Source: an uncultured virus (IMG/VR IMGVR_UViG_3300026097_000002) (Duplodnaviria; Heunggongvirae; Uroviricota; Caudoviricetes; Crassvirales). From it: a DNA stretch of 64,000 nt. The translations under genes were made by a program, and so were the position numbers. Where the stretch lies: the IMG/VR virus record IMGVR_UViG_3300026097_000002. The stretch is one strand, 5' to 3'. The notes below the pieces were generated by a model. The model was given only the letters and a program-made list of their open reading frames with translations. It was not told the origin of the DNA and ran no database searches. Below are positions 57,151-64,000 of this stretch, piece by piece (within the stretch, counting starts at the first letter, position 1; each line of letters opens with the position of its first letter).

Positions 57151-58182
57151 ATGGCACAAAGATTTCTTACCAGCATTAACCTAAGTAGCAACGAGCTTCA
57201 GAACGCCCTGCTACACCCACTAGCTACAGCCCCAGCAGTAGGACTCGCTGGTAAGGTGTACTATAACACTACGGAAGACGTTCTGTACGTATCTGACGGT
57301 ACGGTATGGAGAAGCATTTCGGGTGACATAACCTCTATCATTGCGGGTACAGGTATCACTGTATCTGGAACAACTGGAGATGTTACCGTAAATCTAGCGG
57401 ACACAGCTGTCACACCCGGTTCATACGGATCAGCTACGCAGATTCCAACCTTCACGGTAGACCAGCAAGGTAGACTAACCGCTGCGGGTACAGCTTCGAT
57501 CTCTACAGACCTAGATATCGCTGGTGACACAGGTACAGATACGATATCACTTGCTAGTGAGACGCTAACCTTCACAGGTGGAGACGGTATCACTAGCGCG
57601 GTTACTACAGGTGTAGTTACACTTGATGTAGATAGCACGGTGGTCAGAACATCTGGCGATCAGACTATCGCTGGTAACAAAACCTTCAGTAACAACGTGA
57701 TCATAAACGGTGACCTAACGGTCTCCGGTAATATGGTTACCAAGCTCTCTGAGAACGTACTGATAGAGGATAATATTATCGTCCTTAACAGCAACGAGAC
57801 AGGAGCTCCTACAGAGGATGCGGGTCTACAGGTCAACAGAGGAACGGATCCTAGTATCAGCTTGATCTGGAACGAGACGACAGATAAGTGGCAGATCGAG
57901 ACCGCTACAACGGTTTACCAGAACATCGCTACTGAAGATTACGTAGGAACGCAGATCGGCAACAACTCGTTCGCTGCATCTATTGGTGACGGAACAAACA
58001 CATCTTACACGGTAACGCATAACTTCAATAGCAAGGACGTGATCGTACAGCTGTACGACAACAGCACCTTCGATACGGTGTATGCGGATGTGGTTAGAGA
58101 TACAGTTAACACGGTGGAAGTTACATTTACAGTTGCACCAACAGCTAACGATATAAGAGTACTCATCACTAAAGTAGCATAG
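57151..58182 (+). CDS. Tail fibre-like structural protein
   Basis: VTPGSYGS...FTVDQQGRLT, GDQTIAGNKTF, IEDNIIVLNS, VTHNFNSKDV motifs. Confidence 0.7.
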   Translation: MAQRFLTSINLSSNELQNALLHPLATAPAVGLAGKVYYNTTEDVLYVSDGTVWRSISGDITSIIAGTGITVSGTTGDVTVNLADTAVTPGSYGSATQIPTFTVDQQGRLTAAGTASISTDLDIAGDTGTDTISLASETLTFTGGDGITSAVTTGVVTLDVDSTVVRTSGDQTIAGNKTFSNNVIINGDLTVSGNMVTKLSENVLIEDNIIVLNSNETGAPTEDAGLQVNRGTDPSISLIWNETTDKWQIETATTVYQNIATEDYVGTQIGNNSFAASIGDGTNTSYTVTHNFNSKDVIVQLYDNSTFDTVYADVVRDTVNTVEVTFTVAPTANDIRVLITKVA

Positions 58183-58183
58183 T

Positions 58184-59671
58184 ATGGCCAATCGGTTTCT
58201 TAGTAATATAAGAATAAACGATGCGTATACATTTCCATCCACGGATGGATTGTCTGGTCAGGCCATTATAACCGATGGCGCTGGTAACTTATCTTTTGGA
58301 AGTGTATCAGGTGGAGATGGACAAACCTCTTCTGTTGTTTACAGAGAAAATTTCACAGGAGATGGTACGACAACTGACTTTCAGTTAACAAGGAACATCA
58401 CTGATGAAAACATAACGCAGATTTATTTAGACGGTATCTACCAAGAAAAAGATGCCTACGAAATAATTGACTTTGATACAATACGCTTCAGTGCTGCGCC
58501 ACCTAGCGGTCACAGTATTGAAGTTTTGTATTTTTATGCCATAGACGCCATACCACAGCCTTCAACGTCTGTTATCTACAGGGATAACTTTACAGGTGAC
58601 GGTTCGACTACAGATTTCACACTTGCTAATAGTATAAGTAACGAAGACTATACGCAAATCTATATCGACGGTGCGTATCAAGAAAAAGATACATATACTG
58701 TAACAGGGACGACGCTTTCGTTTACTACAGCGCCAGTTTCAGGACACTCGGTTGAGGTTATTAGTATTGCAGGGCTTACAACACCTTACAGTCCAACAAC
58801 AATTTATCAAGATAACTTTACAGGAGACGGAACATCTACTGCGTTCACACTTACAAATGCTGTAGACGATGAAGTAAAAACAATGGTGTACTTCAATGGG
58901 GTATACCAGTTTAAAGGAACATACGTAATAGACGGTGTAACAATTACTTTTGATACGGCACCGGCCTCTGGGGTTGAAATTGAAGTTATCACGATAGCAT
59001 CGGCACAAGGATATGACTACGATTCGCGCAAGCTTGTATTCTACGGTAAGGCATCTGGTGCTATAAGTAAAGGTGATGCTGTAATGTTTGCGGGAGCTCA
59101 GGGCGATCATTTCTTATTTGCTAAAGCAACACAAGCGGCCATTGCGGCAAACCACGAATTATTTATCGGGCTAGCTAATCAAGATTTTGATAACAATGAA
59201 TTTGGGTATGTTGTAGAGTTCGGTAACGTTACAGGGCTCACTACAAATATGTACGATGCAGGTGATACACTTTGGTTTGACTCTGAAGGGGCTACAGCCG
59301 GTGCACTTACAGATACAGAACCTGCTCCACCTAACGCTAAGATACAGGTAGCAGCGGTTATACGGTCACATCCAGCAGAGGGTGTTTTATTTGTGCGCCC
59401 TACGTGGTACCATGAACTAAATGAATTACACGATGTAAATATTACATCCCCGACTGATAATGATGTATTGAACTACGATGCCGCAACTGGAACGTGGAAA
59501 AATACAGATGCACCAAACGTAAGGGTGATGGAGGCAATTATATTCCAGACACCTAAATCATTTACAGAAACGCATACGGTACCCGAAGACTACAATGCCT
59601 TACTTATAGGACCAACAACACTAGAAGGACAGATAACAGTATCTACAAACGCAGATCTAACAATAATATAA
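58184..59671 (+). CDS. Structural protein with three ~75-aa repeats
   Basis: NFTGDG.TT.F.L...Y.(D/N)G.YQ....Y...F..AP.SG..IEV x3. Confidence 0.7.
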   Translation: MANRFLSNIRINDAYTFPSTDGLSGQAIITDGAGNLSFGSVSGGDGQTSSVVYRENFTGDGTTTDFQLTRNITDENITQIYLDGIYQEKDAYEIIDFDTIRFSAAPPSGHSIEVLYFYAIDAIPQPSTSVIYRDNFTGDGSTTDFTLANSISNEDYTQIYIDGAYQEKDTYTVTGTTLSFTTAPVSGHSVEVISIAGLTTPYSPTTIYQDNFTGDGTSTAFTLTNAVDDEVKTMVYFNGVYQFKGTYVIDGVTITFDTAPASGVEIEVITIASAQGYDYDSRKLVFYGKASGAISKGDAVMFAGAQGDHFLFAKATQAAIAANHELFIGLANQDFDNNEFGYVVEFGNVTGLTTNMYDAGDTLWFDSEGATAGALTDTEPAPPNAKIQVAAVIRSHPAEGVLFVRPTWYHELNELHDVNITSPTDNDVLNYDAATGTWKNTDAPNVRVMEAIIFQTPKSFTETHTVPEDYNALLIGPTTLEGQITVSTNADLTII

Positions 59672-59672
59672 G

Positions 59673-60821
59673 ATGAGTAAATTAATTGTTAATGAAATAG
59701 AAAAATACGACGCAGGTCAGTTAACCATAACCACGGGGACGAATGTTTCTATAGGGAGTGACCTGACTGTAGGAGGTGCTCTAAGCGCTACGCTAAGCAC
59801 TGCTGCTCAAACAAACATTACAAGTGTAGGTACGTTATCGAGTCTTGCAGTTTCAGGAAATCTTACAGTAGATACAGATACACTCTTTGTAGATGCAGTA
59901 AATAATAGAGTGGGTATTGGTACTTCGAGTCCTTCACATCAAGTTGAAATAGCATCAACTGTTCCAACACTTGCTTTTAAAAGAACTAACAATACGAGCG
60001 GTAATGCAGAAATTTTTTCTGTAGGAAGTACAGGTGTAGAGAATGGTAAAATTATATTAGGAAGTGGAACTGACCAAGCCATTAAGTTTTTTCTTGCTAC
60101 CGATGAAAAAATGAGCATAGACTCAAACGGCAACGTATCTATTGGAAATGCAGCTTCATTTGGTAATTTAAGAGTTGGACACACAGGAGATAATACCAAT
60201 GCTTTAGTTATTGGTGATGGTGCTACCCCTGCAAATGATACGGGTATCTATATGCGAAGTGATACTTTGGCTGTTATTTCTGTTGGAAGTGGCGGAGAAC
60301 TTTCATTTAGACAAGGCGGTGGAAATGGTACCGAAAGAATGAAAATAAATTCAGGAGGAAATTTAGCCTTTCCTAATGGTGGGGGTATTTACTTCGGTGC
60401 ATCTTCAGGCTCAGGTTCTACTTCAGAACTTTTAGATGATTATGAAGAAGGGACTTGGACTCCTGTTTTTACAGGTTCAGGCGGTAATCCTACTTATACA
60501 GCATCCGTAGGCGGGCATTATACCAAGATAGGAAGGGCTGTAAACTTTACTTTAGATATGAATATTGGAACATACTCAGGAGGAAGTGGAGGATTAAGGA
60601 TTTCGTTGCCATTTACTGTTGGAAGCTATGGGTTTCAACAAGCAACCATTTATGTAAGCGGAGTTAATTATCTCGCTGATTATTTAACTGCCGAGCCAAA
60701 TGTTGGAAATACATTTTTATCAATAATAAGAGTTAATGATAATACAGCTGCTGACGGATTGTTAGTAGGTGCAGTTTCAGGTGGAGATATTATAAGAATA
60801 ACAGGAACATACTTTGTATAA
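59673..60821 (+). CDS. Tail fibre protein
   Basis: TAAQTNITSVGTL, LFVDA.NNRVGIGT, LDDYEEGTWTP...YTKIGR.V tip domain. Confidence 0.8.
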   Translation: MSKLIVNEIEKYDAGQLTITTGTNVSIGSDLTVGGALSATLSTAAQTNITSVGTLSSLAVSGNLTVDTDTLFVDAVNNRVGIGTSSPSHQVEIASTVPTLAFKRTNNTSGNAEIFSVGSTGVENGKIILGSGTDQAIKFFLATDEKMSIDSNGNVSIGNAASFGNLRVGHTGDNTNALVIGDGATPANDTGIYMRSDTLAVISVGSGGELSFRQGGGNGTERMKINSGGNLAFPNGGGIYFGASSGSGSTSELLDDYEEGTWTPVFTGSGGNPTYTASVGGHYTKIGRAVNFTLDMNIGTYSGGSGGLRISLPFTVGSYGFQQATIYVSGVNYLADYLTAEPNVGNTFLSIIRVNDNTAADGLLVGAVSGGDIIRITGTYFV

Positions 60822-60840
60822 AAAAATAAATAAATAAAAA

Positions 60841-61095
60841 ATGGCACTAACAAAACAAAAAGTACAAGACAAAATCGAAATCGTTTCTGCTTTTAAGCAC
60901 ATACAGATTCGTTACGCTGACCAAATCGTAGAAGATGGTACTGTTATTTCTTCTGCTTTCGAACGCACCGTAGTTTCTTGCGGTGATTGGGATAAGGCAG
61001 ACGAGCATAACGTAAGAGGTATTGCTGAAGCAATATGGTCTGAAGACCTAATCGCGGCGTATGAAGCATCTATTGCGGAACAACAATTAGCATAA
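60841..61095 (+). CDS. Small fibre-associated protein
   Basis: MALTK...DKIEIV..FKHIQIR....I.EDG type ORF after the DDYEEG fibre. Confidence 0.65.
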   Translation: MALTKQKVQDKIEIVSAFKHIQIRYADQIVEDGTVISSAFERTVVSCGDWDKADEHNVRGIAEAIWSEDLIAAYEASIAEQQLA

Positions 61096-61115
61096 ATAAT
61101 TATTAAATAAAAACA

Positions 61116-61430
61116 ATGGCAACAACTTACAACTTTGTAATTTCAGATCTTAACGCTAAGATTCAGGACGGTGAACTATCAAACGTAATTGATACGATTC
61201 ATTGGAGATACCAAGCAACAGACGGTGAAAATACCGCTGATGTATATGGTTCTATCGGTTTAGATGCACCCGAAGCAGGGTCATTCATCGCGGCAGATCA
61301 ATTAACAAAAGAAACCGTTATCTCTTGGCTTGAAGCTAAACTTGATGTAGACGCATTGAAAGCAGGGTTAGACGCCCAGCTTGACGCTTTAGCGAACCCG
61401 ACACACACAAGTATTACACTTGCAGAGTAA
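61116..61430 (+). CDS. Small fibre-associated protein
   Basis: IHWRY...YGS...F....LT.E.V..W pattern. Confidence 0.65.
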   Translation: MATTYNFVISDLNAKIQDGELSNVIDTIHWRYQATDGENTADVYGSIGLDAPEAGSFIAADQLTKETVISWLEAKLDVDALKAGLDAQLDALANPTHTSITLAE

Positions 61431-61441
61431 TTAATTTCAGA

Positions 61442-64000
61442 TAATGGCGCAGACTAAGATTAAACTGATTGCCGATGGGGTTATTGATGCAAATAACCTT
61501 AAGGCTGGTCATACTATTACCACGGATAATATCGGTGAGGGTACTAATTTATATTATACCGATGCGCGTGTAGGGTCGTATCTTTCAACGAATAGCTATG
61601 CTACTGAAGGGTATGTAACTACATCGGTGGCTAATCTTGTAGATGCTGCCCCATCAACACTGGATACATTAAATGAATTAGCGGCTGCACTTGGTGATGA
61701 CCCTAACTTTGCTACTACAGTAACGAATAGTATTGCTACGAAGCTGCCATTAACCGGGGGCACAATATCTGGAAACCTTACTGTTGGTACAAATACGCTT
61801 TTTGTAGATTCCGCTAATAATAGAGTTTCTATAGGAGGAGGCGTTGGTGGCGACGTTTTTACTATTTTTAGTTCAGGCTATCCACTTGTTAGATTCACCG
61901 ATGGCAGTACCACTAGGGGCCTTTTAGGATATGTTTTTGATTGGGGATATTTTGGTTTGCAATCAGAATCTAACCTTGTTTTTAGAACAGGAACTTCAGG
62001 GGGTGCAGAAAGAATGCGCATAGACTCTTCGGGTAACGTAGGGATAGGAACGAGTAGTCCAAGCAATACTACGCATATATACAAAAACGCTACTATGGGA
62101 AGCCCCGCCTCATTCACATCAGCAAATGCGGGGTTGAGAGTGCAAGACAGCACTAATAGTATGTATTTTGATGGAAATGCTATTATAGCTGATGGTACGG
62201 GTGATTTTACATTTGGAACTACTAAAAGTTCTCCATTGATACTGCATACTAACGCCACAGAACGTATGCGCATAGACCCAAGCGGTAATGTAGGAATAGG
62301 TACGAGTAGTCCTGAGACTAAATTGCATATAAACGGAACGGATACTATTGTTTTAATAACAGAAGATAGCGAAGGAAAGGCTACTTTAAGGTTTGGGGAT
62401 ACACAAGGGTCTGTTAGCCAGTCAATGGCTTTAGCTTATAATACAGGGGGCGGAGATTTTACTTTTACAGCTAACGGTTCTTCAGAAAGAATGCGCATAA
62501 CGAGTGGAGGTGATGTTTTGTTTGGTACTACAGGAATACCTAACGGAACTTCTGTTTATGGGACTGCTTTTGAATCTACATCAAGTGGCAGAATGGAGTT
62601 GAACTTTGGTACATCTTCTGCGGGTTTTTTGTATCATATAAGATTTTGGAATCCCAACGGAGGGGTTGGAAGCATCAGCACAGAGGGTTCTTCAACTTCA
62701 TTTAATACTTCTTCTGACTACAGATTAAAAGAGAATGTAGTACCTATGGAAGGTGCTTTAGACAGAGTAGATGCTCTTAACCCTTCTCGATTTAACTTTA
62801 TTTCTGACCCTGAAAAGACAGTAGATGGTTTCTTAGCACACGAAGTGGCCGAGGTAATCCCTGAGGCTATTAGCGGAGAAAAAGATGCAGTAGATGAAGA
62901 AGGAAACCCTATCTATCAAGGTATTGACCAATCTAAGTTAGTTCCGCTTTTAACTGCAGCCATCCAAGAACTAAACGCTAAAATACAAGAATTAGAAAAT
63001 AAATTAACCGCAAATGGCATTAACTAAGGCAAGACTTATTGAAGATAACGCTATCAAAGCAGTACACATTGATGAAACAGCTACAGGTATAACCTTAGCT
63101 GATTTAACTGTTACTGGTGCTTTAAATGCTAATAGTGGTGTTACAGGTAATATAACAGGAACGGTATTAACTGCAGCACAGCCTAATATAACAAGTGTTG
63201 GAACTTTAACCGGCCTTTCGTTGAATAGTGAGTTGCAAATAAATGGTTCTTCAAATATTTCAACAATAAAAACTGATTCGGATAATAGTCTTATTGCCCT
63301 GATTGCAAGCCCTGAATTAATTGACAATAAGCCTAGGATACAAATTATAGGGACAACGTTTGCGTCTGATCCTAACACGATTCAATATTTAGGCGGACAA
63401 CATATATTCAAGTCAAGTGCTGCTGCAACGGAATATGTGCGCATAGACTCTTCAGGTAGGTTGGGGATAGGAACAAACTCACCCATTGCTTCATTAGATG
63501 TCTTTGGCTCCATCATCACAAGAAACTCTACTGGAGGTGGGGCGATAGGTATTGGAACAATCGCAGGTCGCGGACAATATCAATATTTGAATTTTGGAGG
63601 AGCCACAGGCGGAACAGATTATGGATGGCAAATTGGGCGTTCTCCTAATGCAGGAGGTATTATTAACGACGGTTTTTATATTTATGATATTAAAACAAAT
63701 AATTCTCCTTTTAACATTGCGCTTGGAGGTAACGTAGGTATTGGTACAACAGGTCCGTATGCAAAACTTACTGTTTATGGTGGTGTAGCTAATCCGCCGT
63801 CTGCTGGTGGAACACCGAATGTTGTTGGTATACCTGGATATTTTGAAACAAGATCTTACGGTTTTGGTTGCACGACTAGCTTTACAACATTTTTTACGGT
63901 AGACGGAACTAACCTCACGTACCTTATTGTTTATAGGATAGGTCAATCAGATCTTACTTCAGTACCAAACGGGATGATAATGGTTTTTAAATCTCCAGGC
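61442..64000. repeat. Wrap-around copy of positions 1-2559 (genome unit 61,441 bp)
   Basis: Identical sequence and ORFs at a constant offset of 61,441. Confidence 0.97.

Noticed and set aside
1..61441. Stop-codon reassignment as in some crAss-like phages
   Set aside because: Standard code gives intact long genes, and TAA, TAG and TGA all end genes
1..61441. Prophage/temperate lifestyle
   Set aside because: No integrase, repressor-cro pair or flanking host genes recognised
61442..64000. Apparent duplication of tail-fibre genes
   Set aside because: Exact copy of the window start at a fixed offset; it reflects wrap-around of a circular sequence, not paralogy

Overview
This window holds a complete circular (or terminally redundant) 61,441-bp dsDNA phage genome; positions 61442-64000 repeat 1-2559. 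It is most likely a lytic podovirus-like phage of a Bacteroidota (Flavobacteriia-like) host. Evidence for the host is the recurring TAnnTTTG -7 promoter boxes, start regions without Shine-Dalgarno motifs, and a VirE/BT4734-type primase. There are two arms. The plus-strand arm runs from about 51,000 through the wrap point to 35,333: GroEL/GroES, small basic proteins, lysis cassette, several tail fibres, terminase, portal, scaffold, capsid, tail rings/nozzle and cargo proteins. The minus-strand arm (about 50,000 to 35,330) carries early and replication genes. I recognise no integrase, DNA polymerase or full tRNA. The main finding is a ~6.8-kb module that appears to split the tail nozzle gene. 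It adds mucin-like Thr/Ser tracts and PKD/BACON-like and Cys-rich domains, followed by two coupled glycosyltransferases, a radical SAM/SPASM enzyme and a second Thr-rich paralog. This is a candidate phage-encoded virion O-glycosylation (glycan shield) system. Other notable items are two inverted iteron-rich origin-like elements, a SAM-lyase-like early gene, and a tiny ORF joining a Tat-like leader to a tail-fibre repeat. The core genes also show strong AA/TT-avoiding, CTAG-rich codon usage. All family assignments are by eye from motifs; no searches were run.
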